DNA of 58,047 nt, filler included, from Sphacelaria rigidula (Eukaryota): NCBI GenBank assembly GCA_964200075.2. It is 6 parts of 6 records of this genome, joined end to end, with 100 filler letters (N's around TTAATTAATTAA, not from the genome) between each part and the next. Parts side by side here need not be neighbours in the genome. Positions count along the whole stretch, not along the records: positions 19,387 to 28,978 come from CAXNAA020008137.1; positions 29,079 to 38,669 come from CAXNAA020008138.1; 4 more parts are not named here. One strand, 5' to 3'. The translations under genes were made by a program, and so were the position numbers. This document shows, one piece after another, positions 24,461-36,559 of the stretch (position 1 is its first letter; every line of letters begins with the position of its first letter). The notes below the pieces were generated by a model. That model did no database searches, was not told the DNA's origin, and saw only the letters and a program-made list of their open reading frames with translations.

Positions 24461-25067
24461 TCGAAGTTATAATTGTACTCGTTCGATAGATAGCGTATTT
24501 TATATGCTGCATAACACCGCAGGTACTTGGAGTTTGTGAATCGCTCCGTAGGATGCCGACCCTTTCTTCAGGGTCATTTGTTCGGGTGAAGAGGAGTTGG
24601 GCACGTACTAGTGGACTTCTTTAGCCATTTGCTTCCTTTGCGCGTCTGGAAAGGAAATTCCATAGTTGCGTAGAGCCGGAAGCTTTTAACGGTCCTGGTA
24701 GTTTGCCGCTTCCTCGCTGGCTCTATTGTACGACCCGTCCCTTATCTGTAATTGCAATATTGTCCGTATAATAAAGGTGTCTCAGACCCGAGGTTCCCGG
24801 TATTTTCAACAGTAACTCAAGTAAAATATACCAGGAACCTCGAGTTGGAGATACCTCCAATAATGGGAAAGAGCGGGAGTAGTCTTCACTGATGATATTC
24901 ACTGCCACCCTTGTATCCCGCACAAGGTCCTGTGGGACATTGCACCCCGCGTTCGTAGCTACAGTAGGGCTGCTTGTGTATGCACTCCAGTTTCCACGCT
25001 CTACTGTGCACTCATGCCCTGCTCATCTGCATCGCATGCCACACAGTGAGGATTGCGACACGAATCC

Positions 25068-25231
25068 ATGGCCGGGAACAGCAGTAGCGGTCCTGTCAGA
25101 GGAACGGCCGCGACAACGCAGGGGGGTGCCTCTGCCGCCGCCGATGCTGCACCATTGCGAGATTTTTCACAAGACTTTTCCGCAAATATGAGCAGCGACG
25201 AGGAGGACGATTTGCACCACGAAGCCGACGG
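25068..25231 (+). CDS. 3R-MYB transcription factor, probable first exon (MAGNSSSG...SSDEEDDLHHEADG)
   Basis: ATG at 25068, open frame, GG|GTGTGT donor in phase 2, compatible with the next exon. Confidence 0.65.
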
Positions 25232-25999
25232 GTGTGTGTCGTTCCCGACCTCGAGTCGTTCGTTATTTTGATGTATTTTTGTGCGGAAAGGTAGCGGGAG
25301 ATGGTGATGCCGCTGGGTCACGTGGGAACAGTCTTTACCCAGGCACGCAGCGCGAACAGAATAAGAGTAGCAGGCAGCCAGCGTTTTCGCGAGCACGGCA
25401 AGCTCTGTGATCACGGGCACAGGCCATACGTAGGCCGTCGGCTAACACAAACAGAAAAATGAAGCGCGGTCCATGTGTCCTCGCTGAAGGAACAAGATCC
25501 AGGCCTCGTAACTAGCTTTCGAGGAGTGAATTCGGTGAAGCTTTGCAATTTTGTTACCCCGAAAGTTGCAGTGAAGAGTTGGAAGAGGTGAACATTGTGG
25601 CGTGTCTCCCATCCCGTTGTCAACTTTTCGAAGTCAAAGCTTTTATTCCCGCAACCGTTGTCCTGTTGGTAGACGTACATCCGAATAGTTCGTGAACTTT
25701 TTTTGGCTTGCCGCAATTCCGATCTGTGAATTTCCTGTAGCATTGGTTCCTTTTGACCACACGGCGCTGGGTTGCGGGTTTCCATCTGGCGGTTTCCCGG
25801 TATCCAGAACACACGAAGGCAGTCCGTGACTACTTATTTGAGACCATTGAGACTCTTGTGTGGCTAATGCTTGTTCATGGATTGAGTTTGTACCATCGTC
25901 GCCCTCGCCCTCGGGCGTCGCCTGCCTGTGTTTACAATGACGCATCGCCATAGAGGCATGACTCTCACTTGCTCGTTTTGCCCGCCCCACATGGCTCAG

Positions 26000-26069
26000 C
26001 ATGCATCCTCGCCGCTGGACAACGGAGGAGGACACTCGCCTTCGCAACGCTGTGAACAAGCACCACGAG
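26000..26069 (+). CDS. 3R-MYB exon, start of R1 (MHPRRWTTEEDTRLRNAVNKHHE)
   Basis: CTCAG acceptor and GAG|GT donor; Myb W-T-x-EED motif. Confidence 0.85.
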
Positions 26070-26418
26070 GTTCGTTGTTGATGACCGTGAACATCGTAAC
26101 GTGGTTTCAAATTTGTGACGGAAACTTAGTAAATCGTGAGAAACGCCTGTAGCGGGTAGAGTGATGTTCGTATAATAGCGCTACTGTCGGAAAATGGAAA
26201 ATGCTGATGAAAACCCACAGAACTATTTTCCATCGCGGTGAAAAAGGAGTGGAATATGTGAAACATCGGAGCGTAGCGGGGTCTGGGGTTTGTGGAACGG
26301 GTACGAATGTGAACAAAGAACAATCTACGCTGATGTGATTGCCATTGTAGACCGGTCGATTCAAACAAATAGATCAGTCACGGAAGTTTGAGATTCTAAA
26401 CTTGGGGCAAAGGCTTAA

Positions 26419-26516
26419 CCCTTAGACCGCGAGATTAGTCTTTCAGGATTATGCATACTTTTTTTCACTTAAAACTGATGCCGACTCAAGAAAAGACTAA
26501 CCTCGCGGTCTAAGGG
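26419..26516. mobile_element. 98-bp piggyBac-like MITE in a MYB intron
   Basis: TTAA|CCCTTAGACCGCGAGATTAGTCTTT ... AAAGACTAACCTCGCGGTCTAAGGG|TTAA: 25-bp TIR with one mismatch, CCC..GGG ends and a TTAA TSD. Confidence 0.85.
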
Positions 26517-27297
26517 TTAAGGCGATGCGGCAGTTTGGTTTGAATGTTTTTCACCACATGCAAGAGAGGAGCAAAACATTCATCCAAGCGAGGGGGGCCT
26601 TTCCTTCGGCTTATATATTAATAGAACATTCCCCGAAAATATTCGCCTTCTACGAAATCTAGGATAGATCTAGGATATGGCCGGGTGGTGAACCGCCTAT
26701 TGTGCCACATCCGATACGACCGCTGTTTTGCTTGGCGAACAAGTACGTAGCGAACCTGTTGGAGCGCCCGAGACTGAGGCGATCGGGGGGAATGTGGTCC
26801 CAGACCGAACATACTGGGTCCCTCGTGGGTTCTCGTATGTCTTGTCGAAGCGGAAACGGTGTGAGGGAGGACCTCTCGGCCTAATATAATCGTGAATGGT
26901 AATTGTTCCTGCCGAACACATGTGTGAACTGTCTATGAAACCATAGAGCTTTTCCTTTGAAGAGCTTCACACGGCATAGTTTTTGTTTTCGGCTGTTCAT
27001 TGATGTTACGACCGCCCTACGGACGCCAGTATTCGGGCCTACGCCTTGTCGATGTTGTGTGGGTTGCCTGTAAGCGAGGTAGCCCAGACCTCAGCCCACA
27101 AGCTTTGCTGGTAACGTCTACGTTAGCTAGGGTGATCTATGAGGACCGCGTCGCGTGAAGCATACCAAAAGATATGCGCGTCAAGCGGGGGTGTTGATGG
27201 GTACGGTGAAGTGGACGGGGGTTCCTGGTACAGAAGAAGATAATTTGACTAATGCGGGTGAATTACCCGTCAAAATGCGCTTTGATTTCTGCTGCAG

Positions 27298-27377
27298 GCA
27301 AATTGGAAGGACATCGCTGCGGAGGTGGAAACGCGAAATCACGTGCAGTGTCTTCAGCGCTGGAAGAAAGTTTTAGC
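27298..27377 (+). CDS. 3R-MYB exon, end of R1 (ANWKDIAAEVETRNHVQCLQRWKKVLA)
   Basis: CTGCAG acceptor and GC|GTAAGT donor; QCL.RW.KVL is typical of R1 in c-Myb-type proteins. Confidence 0.9.
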
Positions 27378-27914
27378 GTAAGTGACCGTAAGGACTGATT
27401 CGCCGTTGTGACCAAGATTTTACTGTAGCGTGGTACGCTCCTTTACCCTCCTCCCTCTCTACGTTTATTGACACGTTGTCGACAGCCGCTTCTGTTTTTG
27501 CCGTGCTGATAATTAACTAAAAGACGATCGAGGGACGGTGGGACACCAAATCAGACGTGCTCTGACCTCAGTCTCGTCTGTTGTCGCGTTGTTATGATCC
27601 ACAAGTGTCAGCCTAGATGAGTTTCTTCTGCTGTTTGCTATGCAGTATGTTTGTTCGCGGGGAAAGTGTTCTTGATTTAGCAGGCAGCCTACCCCACCTC
27701 TGCTGTATATATGTGTAGTAGACTGCCTCTATTTCGCTCTATTCCGTCACTGTGGCAAGTTGTGGTTTTACCAAAGCTGCACCGTCTGATGCAATGTTCG
27801 TGTGCTGGCGGGAAAACACACACACGCACCCACTCACACACACAACCTTGCTCGGCTCTCGACCGACTCCAAACTGTCGCTTCTGACCCAAACCCTAACG
27901 ATCTACATGCACAG

Positions 27915-28164
27915 CCCGGGACTGGTGAAGGGGCAGTGGTCCCGCGATGAGGATGAGTTGCTCATGACGCTAGTGAACGCGGGGCACAAGAACTGGGGGG
28001 CGTTGGCATCTAAGATTCCCGGGCGAACCTCGAAGCAGTGCCGAGAGAGGTGGTGCCATCACCTCGACCCCAACATCGTAAAGGGGGAGTGGACCGCCGA
28101 GGAGGATGCGACGATTCTGTCAATGCACGAGGATATTGGTAATAAGTGGGCTACAATCGCGCAG
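27915..28164 (+). CDS. 3R-MYB exon, R2 and first half of R3 (PGLVKGQWSRDEDELL...PGRTSKQCRERWCHHLDPNIVKGEWTAEED...GNKWATIAQ)
   Basis: Canonical Myb repeat sequence; ACAG acceptor and CAG|GTGCGT donor; phases match both neighbours. Confidence 0.95.
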
Positions 28165-28384
28165 GTGCGTTATGCGCAATGAGTTCTGTTGTACGCATCA
28201 CTTGCTGCAACTGCCAGGAACATTACTCGCGCTTTTCATCGCATGTCGGTGAGTTGATCATCTCGATCTGCAAGCCAGCACCTGGTGGCAGGACTAAAAG
28301 CGTCACTCGAAGCTGTAACCCTCAGACGTCGGTTGACGGCGGCGTTTATGCGTATCGTCCGTTTTATCTTTGCCGGAAACGCAG

Positions 28385-28480
28385 CGCCTGAATGGCCGCA
28401 CCGAAAATGCCACGAAGATCCGCTGGAAGATTTTGGAGCGCAACAAGAGTCTAAACAAGGAAGCCAGGACCCTCGACCAG
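28385..28480 (+). CDS. 3R-MYB exon, end of R3 (RLNGRTENATKIRWKILERNKSLNKEARTLDQ); gene continues beyond the contig
   Basis: GCAG acceptor and CAG|GTGTGT donor; GRT.N..K.RW motif. Confidence 0.9.
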
Positions 28481-28895
28481 GTGTGTCACCGGTTTTTGTG
28501 TGTACAATACCAGGACATACGTAGTAAGCTTTTTCTAGCAGCATGTACTGGCCATTGAGAAAACACTGCAGCGAATCGATGCATTCGTTATTCACCCGCA
28601 AAACATGGTGGCGTGCCCATTGCTTGTTTGGATCCCGGGCGCTGTAGTATCTATTGTTCCGACCGATGAACAACTTACTGCCCCGTTTTGGTCCGATTGC
28701 GACTGGCAGGCAGGCACAAGCGATGCACGTTTGGATATCCCGCCGCAGTTGGCGTCATTCTTTATTGTAAACTTGAGTTTTTTTTTTCAGTTGCTCACAC
28801 TCCCCTCTAGTAGAATCTACAGCCCTCTCTACTATTATATACTACACAGATTGCCGTAACAATGGTGGAAGCGCAAAGGTTCAACTTGGTATTCG

Positions 28896-28978
28896 AGTGA
28901 TGCTACGGTAGGGGTAGAGAAATAATTTCTGAGATTAGAATTGTTAGGAGCCCCTTATCTCATCCAAAACGCGAGTTA
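28896..28978. mobile_element. End of a TIR element family (GAGTGATGCTACGGTAGGGGT...), cut by the contig end
   Basis: Nearly identical to 52391-52473. Related ends at ~52950-52976 and ~57657-57682. Confidence 0.75.
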
Positions 28979-29078
28979 NNNNNNNNNNNNNNNNNNNNNN
29001 NNNNNNNNNNNNNNNNNNNNNNTTAATTAATTAANNNNNNNNNNNNNNNNNNNNNNNNNNNNNNNNNNNNNNNNNNNN
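28979..29078. other. Artificial contig linker
   Basis: N-run with TTAATTAATTAA core. Confidence 0.98.
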
Positions 29079-32000
29079 CTACGTCTGTGACCACGGGTTC
29101 GCGAGATCGGACTAATGTGCGGAAATAATAATAATAATAATAATAAATTCAATCAAAATCAAGTTCTATTTGGACCGAAATGGCTCCATGCCATCACACC
29201 TGTTCAGACTCCAATGGTGAAACTACAGCCGCACTTACACGAATCGGAGCGGGTGCGAACGGTTCATGTTGCGGGGTGTCATGCAAATCTCCATCGTCAA
29301 ATTCATTCATGGATCCAATCAAACTCGTGTTCTATTTACACCGAAATGCAATCCTGCCGTCACACGTGTTGAGGCCCCAACGGTGGAAAAAAGTACGGAA
29401 GGCGACTGGCGTATTTTGGTACGCACAATCTCCTCTAAACCCGGCCTGCCTTGCCATAGCGGCACACCCGCGCAGTCACGGCTGCTGAACCGAAAACGAT
29501 CGACGGCATCGTAGGCGGGAACCCCAACAGTCGGACTCGTCTTTTGGTACTTTCTTCACACACACGACAGATTGCGCCCGCTGATATGCAGAGAAATGCG
29601 TGCTTGTTGGGAAGGACGATGCTCGGTCGCAGGACAGAAGCGTTTATGTCTATATGTCGGGACTATCCCGCCCGTAATTATTGGAACATTTATCATAGGG
29701 ATGTTGATCACCGTATGGTATTGGAAAATGTCCGACTTGCAGCTGCAGAGGTCACGCAGAGTGACACTGGCGCTGGTGCTGCGCTCAGGGAAACGTCCTC
29801 GCCCTGCACAGCGATATAATCGTACACGTTAATCGAACAATGTATATTCGTGTGCAACTCGCTCGTGCCGTGGTCATCGCGGTGCGAGTGCAGGACTGCA
29901 TCCTCTTGTCCTTGACGAGCACCTCTCAACACATCTCAACTGCACCGCCAAAAATGGGACGCCGCACGGCGCCGAACGTTCGCGCGTGATACGTGCAGCA
30001 GGAATCAAGGGTCGCTGTCACTAGAGCACAGACCGCGCTACAGATTGTGGCGTCGGGTTTGCGTTACCTAACCTTACGTCACATGAGCACAACCGCATAC
30101 GCTCCGAGGGGGTGTTACTTGCGAACACTTAAGATTGGATTGTACTGCAGTGTAAGATCTGGCATGCGCAACATGAGGGACTCATGTGCGCTTTTGGCCG
30201 GAAATCACGAGTGCATTGTGGACATAAACTACTGTAACATGGCGACATGTGCCGTTGCATGGCACAGCGCGCCGCACCGCAGCGAACACGCTGCACCCTC
30301 CGTGTATATGCCAACTCCTTCCCACACTGCACACTCAAGGCCCTGGCCTTGAACAGACGATACGCAGCAAGTACATGCCGACAGCAGGTGATCGCTTCAC
30401 GGACTTGTCCTGCTTAACATGACGCGTACACATATCGGACAAACAATGATTCCCAAGTACGCGGCAACATACCTTCTTGCCCATCCGCCCGAGATACGCG
30501 CGTCCCAACCTCTGTAGCGCCAGTTATCCGTGCTGATGTGGAGCCCTCTCTCCCAAAAAAGTGTGCTCTCTTCTCACCATATTAGACGCCTTGGAGCATG
30601 ACCGTCTCGATGTGTTTTTTCCATGGGTGATTAATTATACGCCAAAAAAATCCCTCGATAATATTGAAAAGGAATAACACTGATAGATGGGATGGCAACA
30701 CACAACACACATGAAATTGAAAAGGAAGAACACTGACAGTACAGCAACAGCTGTCGGGATCGTTCCTGTACCGTAGCTATGTTGGCATCCTCAAGGTGCC
30801 CTACTTTTAAAGCACGAAGAATACGGTACGACTGTATCTGATATAATACCGATCTCGTCAGGTGCACGAAGAGGTCGATACAACACGCACTAGATGTGCT
30901 CTCTTGCTGTGGTGGAGTCAAGGTGTAAAACTATGGGGTCAAGGTGTTGCTGTCGATGTTGTACGCGAGTAGGGCGCTCGCTGTGGTATACACCTGTTCC
31001 TATGAATAGTTCCCCCTCCAACGTCAAGAAAATATACTGTACCGTATCCACTTGTAGGCTCTTGCAGCTGCACGAGAGAGGTCACCAAAGAACCATGAAA
31101 AAAGAGTCATGGTATATGGACGAGAAATACGCTTTGTGTGTTTAAGGTAGTCGAGGCGACGGGTGTAGACCGCGTAGTCTGTCCCCGCTTGGCTGCGACA
31201 TCTCATTGATGAGGATATGCTCAGTTCTATCGGTGTGGACCGCCACGTTCGGCGCTTTTCATCGCTTATAATCCCAAGCGCTTGTCCAGCGTACGCAGCG
31301 CACGTTTGGCCGAAGAATTCACACTGCGGCGCCGGTCTTTGATACACCGTTCGCACAGGGCACCCTTTGCACCCCCCATTCCTCGAGAGCTATATGTTTG
31401 CCTTAGGTTCGCGTTCGGCGGTTGGGTTTGGGTTAGTGCTGGGGTTAACAAAAACACATGTCATACAAGAGATTTTCGGAGCTGAAATGAGGAAGTCTTG
31501 CCTCCGTGGTGACGCGCCGCAGCGGCGCGCGTGTCGGTGAAGGCAGTAAAGAAGCCAGGATATACAGCAGGTCATCGTCTCGTCTCCTTTTGTCTTTCAT
31601 AGGTATGTCGATTTCCGTTTATCGAGGAGCAGACGCTTACACACAGTGTCCTCGACGAAATCGACGTTTTTTCATCGTAACATGTGATTTTTCCTATACG
31701 TCAATTCTGCCAGTCAAGAGCAGACACACGCACACCATTTCGTGAAGTATGACAGGCACTGCCCCTTTCACACTCTTCGTTAGGGATATGATATTTTACT
31801 CTAATTGTCGTATTCCAGGACATTACAGACAGTAGTAATGGTCCAAAAAAATTAAAACCCGGGCTTCTCATATCCGCTCCAAAATAAGGAGGGGAAGTGA
31901 GCGAGACAGACAATGATGCCCTCTCGTGACCACCCACTTTCACCATCGACCGTGCCACCCCTTTGGTTCAGGCGCTTGCTCTTCAAACCAGTTTTTGGAC

Positions 32001-32187
32001 ATTGTTTTTAATGGTAGCCGTTTGCACGTTCCCCTTCTTTGGTTCCATACATCGCCTATGTGCACTCCCCACAAAGTCTAACTGTACACTTGCCCGCTGT
32101 TCTTTGTCGCGTCCACGGCTGTGATGGACTGACGTACAAACATTATCCGTGGGGTATCAAACGACGCATGCACGCATGCATGGATAG

Positions 32188-32270
32188 CCCGACGAGAAGC
32201 ACGTCACCGGCCGCTCATGGACCGCTAGGGAACTCAGGAATAAGAGCTTCGAAGACCTGCACAAACTCTG
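32188..32270 (+). CDS. MRPL47: Mitochondrial ribosomal protein L47 (uL29m) exon (PDEKHVTGRSWTARELRNKSFEDLHKLW)
   Basis: GR.W...ELR.KS.EDLHKLW is the MRP-L47 signature; TG|GTGAGC donor. The 5' exon(s) were not resolved. Confidence 0.9.
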
Positions 32271-32920
32271 GTGAGCAAGCAGCCAAGAGAGGACATGAGT
32301 CGAAGTGTAATCGGCGCAGTAAGCTTACCGAAACGGCGCATGTGGGCGTTTGTCCTGTCAACGCTATCCTCGAGCAGAACTTTTTTCCCCCTCTTGTTTC
32401 CAAGAGACGGGCAAGAATCCTGGCCGTATACTTTGCCATCTCCAATTTTGTACAGCGCGTTTGACCACCGAGGCGGTTGCGCTCCACTTCCCCACCTGCC
32501 CAGGTTCTGGTCCGGTGTGCGAGTGGGCACCAGAGCAGGGTATACTCCCCTGCTGCTCAGGGCAGACCCTGTTTTACTCCCGTCCGGTTGCAATGTGTCT
32601 GCGTCGTACACAACGATACTTGAGACGAAATAGTCTACTGCCGTGGATCTTGTGCGCGAATTCATGAGTCGAGCCACAGCTGTATATGCTTTTTTTCGTG
32701 CGCGCGCGGGAGGGGGGGGGGGGACTGGATCCGAGGGTTGCATAGAAACAACGGGTAGATTACAGAGAGGTTTGTTTTGTTCTCCTCGGCGTGAGCCAAG
32801 TCCGGATCATATTTTTCTTGTACCATGTTTTTGCTTGCTTTCGAGAGCAGGTCACCCCGCTCGTTTGCTCGTATTTCTCACGCCTCCCCTCGCAACCATT
32901 TTGTTCTGGGGTCCTCGCAG

Positions 32921-33017
32921 GTTCGTCCTGTACAAGGAACGCAACATGATCGTCACTGAGAGGCTGCTCGCCAATCAGGCCCGGCGGAGACTCCCTCAGC
33001 TGGACCGCCGAGAAAAG
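32921..33017 (+). CDS. MRPL47: MRPL47 exon (FVLYKERNMIVTERLLANQARRRLPQLDRREK)
   Basis: CGCAG acceptor completes the W codon; L(Y)KERNM motif; AAG|GTGCGC donor. Confidence 0.92.
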
Positions 33018-34188
33018 GTGCGCTTCGCTTGGATCCTCGCGGAACATGCACAATAACGCGTCTCTGTGGACCACATAGCGCGAAGGTGTTTCAACAAATA
33101 ACATATTACCTCCTCAGCGCGCGGCATTACGGTCCCCAAACCGTGCCGCCAACCGCACGGTCTTGAGCTCACCGCTTCAAGGCGCAAGACCCAATCTACG
33201 ACGTTGTACAACTGATCGCTTCTAAACGACTCAATACTCTGGGAAGCCACATATGCCAATATGTTGTTACCAGGGCATATCCGTAAGATATGATTTTCTG
33301 GTGTACAACAGAGCTCCTGTATCGATACGTTGGCTCGAGAAAAATAAACTCCTTCAGCGCCAGACTCCCTCGGATGAACCACAGGTGGATCTCTGGGAAT
33401 GTCTGGAAAATGAATCGTTTCCCTTACATGATATGGGTCAGAGATTGACAGCCATAGAATACACGATATGTTATCATTGAGGGTGGTGACGGTTGCAAAA
33501 TAGGAGGAGCTGCTCAGCTATTGGGGCAAGGTTGTTTCTGTTGAAGATCGCCCAACACTATTGTTCCGAACTGAGGTCTGGCGCATAGGGGGGCAAGCAG
33601 GTTTGCCACCATAATGAAAGTGTAATCTTGCTTTTCCACCAAGTCGGGAAGATCAAAGAAATACCCGTCAACAACGAGAGCCGTAGAAGACGGGTAGCAT
33701 CGCTTTGTTGCAGTCTTTGCTTCAGCACGGCGCAAAGGCTACCAAAAACATCACCTAGACAAAGTACCCCCCCGCCCCCCCCAGATCACAGTTTTTGTCG
33801 TGTCGTTTTGTTTGTGGACTTCACGTGGAAGCTGTCAGGAGAGTTTCCCGTTGCTTGTTGATGATTCGCCATTGAAGACGTCGGAATATTCGATGGGCAT
33901 ACTCGCATAATTGCACGAGCCCCCCTGCCGCCTGTACCCGGTAACCCTTTTTGTTGCTTTTGACAGGCACGAAGTGAAGGCCACACTCTGGAGGAACTAC
34001 ACACAAAAATGAATATACACTCTGCCTAAAACATGCATGCACGGAACATCCTGTCATACATTCACTTTCCCAAGTTCTTGTGATTTTTCTTTCCGTAGAC
34101 GATCTGCTGGTATGTTCTGTCATGTCGTGTCTCTTGTGTCCGGATCCAGTCATGTTTTCTCCCCCTTTTTTGCGAATAAAAACGAAAG

Positions 34189-34317
34189 GTGAAACGCTCG
34201 ATGAAGGCAATCAAGGTGGTGGTGGGAGAACGGCAGAACATCAAGCGGGCTCTCCTGCGCGAGCGACAGGAGGCCGCCAAGCAAGAAGCGTGGCAAAAAC
34301 GACGAGAGGAAAACGAG
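34189..34317 (+). CDS. MRPL47: MRPL47 exon (VKRSMKAIKVVVGERQNIK...QKRREENE)
   Basis: KV..SM..IK.V..ER completes the domain. AAG acceptor; probable GAG|GCAAGT donor, or read-through to the stop at 34419. Confidence 0.85.
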
Positions 34318-35255
34318 GCAAGTCGTCGTAACAGTGTTATTATTCTACGAAGGTTAGGCGTCGACACAAAGTGCACGTCACGTTTAATGATGTTGAAACC
34401 TCGAGGGTGTGGTGGTTGATACTACAGATAGATGTCAAAGTCACCGCGTCAGTGCGCCGAGGGAGCGGTGTGCTTTGAAACGGTGGATGCCAGCATTACG
34501 CCCATTTTTTTTATCCAATACTTGGCGTCTAATAACAATAGCAGCGGGTGCGACGCCAGACGGGCACGTGGGCAGCAACGGATCCTGCCAGTGGTGTCGT
34601 GAAATCTTCTACCGGTTATGGAGCGACCTTCGAAGAAAGACAAAGAATCACGGTTCAGGCTCTGTTACGTATCTGGGGGTTTGGGGCTCAACGTTCCCGC
34701 TCCAACTCGCGCGATGGCTCGACGTTAATCTTCCCTGACGCGAACGGTGTGTTCCGTCAAGGACCCTTGCTGACATACCTGGCAAGGGGGAAACGTTCCC
34801 TCACGGACAGTAGCACAACTTCCGGACCGGACTTGCTGCCAGTCTGGTAGTCACTGGGGTGGTTGTCATGGCATTCTTTCCTCAGTATCAAGTTGGAGTA
34901 AGGCCTGTCCGGGTTTGTACATGAGTATTTCAATCATCGGCCAACTTCCACTTCGCTGAGCTCTTGCGCGGAATATGTTGCTATCGAATTGAGTGACACT
35001 TTACGTGGTGCATAAATCGAACCCCACGCCAGACACGGTCAGCGATACAGTAGTCGTCTGCACAGAGTGGCGCCCGCAGCTATGAGAACGAATTGCCGAT
35101 TTAGTCATCAACTCCCGCACCGGGGCAGGTGTTGAGTAGCAGCCGCTTGCGATATGTGTCGTGACGTTCGTCCTTCACCATGTTGATTCCTCCACCTCCT
35201 GTCCGCGCCTGCTGGGCTAGCTGTCCGTGCTGATTGTGATCAGTCTTGTCCCCAG

Positions 35256-35384
35256 GATGGCTTCTTCTCGGGGTTCAGTATGGTTGATAGTTTGGAAGAT
35301 GACTACCTCAACTCGAGCACTACAATAGGTGTAGCATCCGGGGGTCAAAAGGGTATGTATCATGGAAAAGGAAAGACACAGTAA
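35256..35384 (+). CDS. MRPL47: Possible terminal exon of MRPL47 (DGFFSGFSMVDSLEDDYLN...KTQ*)
   Basis: GTCCCCAG acceptor with an upstream branch-like CTGAT; phase-0 open frame to TAA. Needs the GC donor at 34318. Confidence 0.5.
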   Translation, partial: DGFFSGFSMVDSLEDDYLNSSTTIGVASGGQKGMYHGKGKTQ

Positions 35385-36302
35385 TGCGATGACTGCGGCA
35401 TGGTGGCCATTGTGAAATATTGATTTGACCGCGTCCGTCGATCGTCACACTTTATCTGCTCCACCACGTTTCCAGCCGTGGCCATAAGTGAGGCATAAAG
35501 GCACCCAACGTATCTCGTGGAGAGGAAAACGAGAGAAGGAGAGAACAGAGTAAACTGCGAACGGGGAACACGTCAAGAAAGGAAAGAAAAAGAAAGGAAA
35601 GGGGAGGAAAAGAGAACATGAGAAAATCGTCGGGCTACTATCTAGTCATTTTTCAAATCCATGTGGTTGTAGTGTTGTCCCCTTGCTTTTTTTTGCGCTT
35701 CATGTGTCCTCTCCTGGTTTTAGTATGAGTGATTTTCGTTGGGATTTCCTGCTGGCGGGATTTCCTGCTGGCTTCAGCGTACGAACTACTGCAGTAAAGG
35801 TCATCAAAGTATCCGCGGTTCAACGGTTGAAGGTAAGGGCGCGGGCGAGGAGGTGCTGCCGTGCTACCGTAGACGATCTGTACTACCCGTTGAGTGCGAA
35901 ACTGTGCGCTCCTTGATTATCTGCTGGATATGCACCCTTCGCTGGAAAAGACGGACGCTGCATCTAGAGTGTTGATACGCTCCTAGAGCGTTGATTTTGA
36001 CACTTTCCATATTTGCTATAATGGCGTATATCCCGCCACTGCTACTGATTTAGTAACGTTGAGTCAGTTTTCGCTTCTCAAAACACTGAGAGTAGAAATA
36101 GATTGCTCTGCTTCGCAATCGTGCTTCCCATTTTCTTTTTTCCTGTTCCTTTGTTAAACTACTTGTCATGTATAGAAAAATATAACTTGTTGAAAAGTGT
36201 TTTTTGACCCTTTTCCGTCGTTTTTGCCCCGAAAAGAGGGCTCAGCGGATGTTGACACCTGAGACCGTTCCAGAGCACCTTCGCGTTTTCCGTAGGTCAC
36301 AG

Positions 36303-36513
36303 TGTAATGCGTGAGAGGACCGCGTGCTTAGAGGACCGCACCGTAGCTCGAAACACCTCAGTATCGACGTTTTCCAAAACCCATCGGGCCAGTCCCTGCA
36401 AGTACCACGCCCCTGACCCCAACCCCAACACTAACCCTAACCCTAACCCCAACCATATATATGTTCAACTATCAACGCGGTCCTGCAAGCACGCGGTCCT
36501 CTCACGCATTACA
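36303..36513. mobile_element. Ginger-like MITE (TGT..ACA, 4-bp TSD) containing telomere-type CCCTAA repeats
   Basis: ACAG|TGTAATGCGTGAGAGGACCGCGTGCTT ... AAGCACGCGGTCCTCTCACGCATTACA|ACAG: perfect 27-bp TIR. The interior (~36410-36454) has CCCTAA/CCCCAA units. Confidence 0.8.
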
Positions 36514-36559
36514 ACAGTTTCGTTGTTGGCCAAAAATAAGACACTACAGTACAGACTGC

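Noticed and set aside
33060-33480. LINE RT remnant in an MRPL47 intron
   Set aside because: Hints in shifting frames only; too degraded to support.
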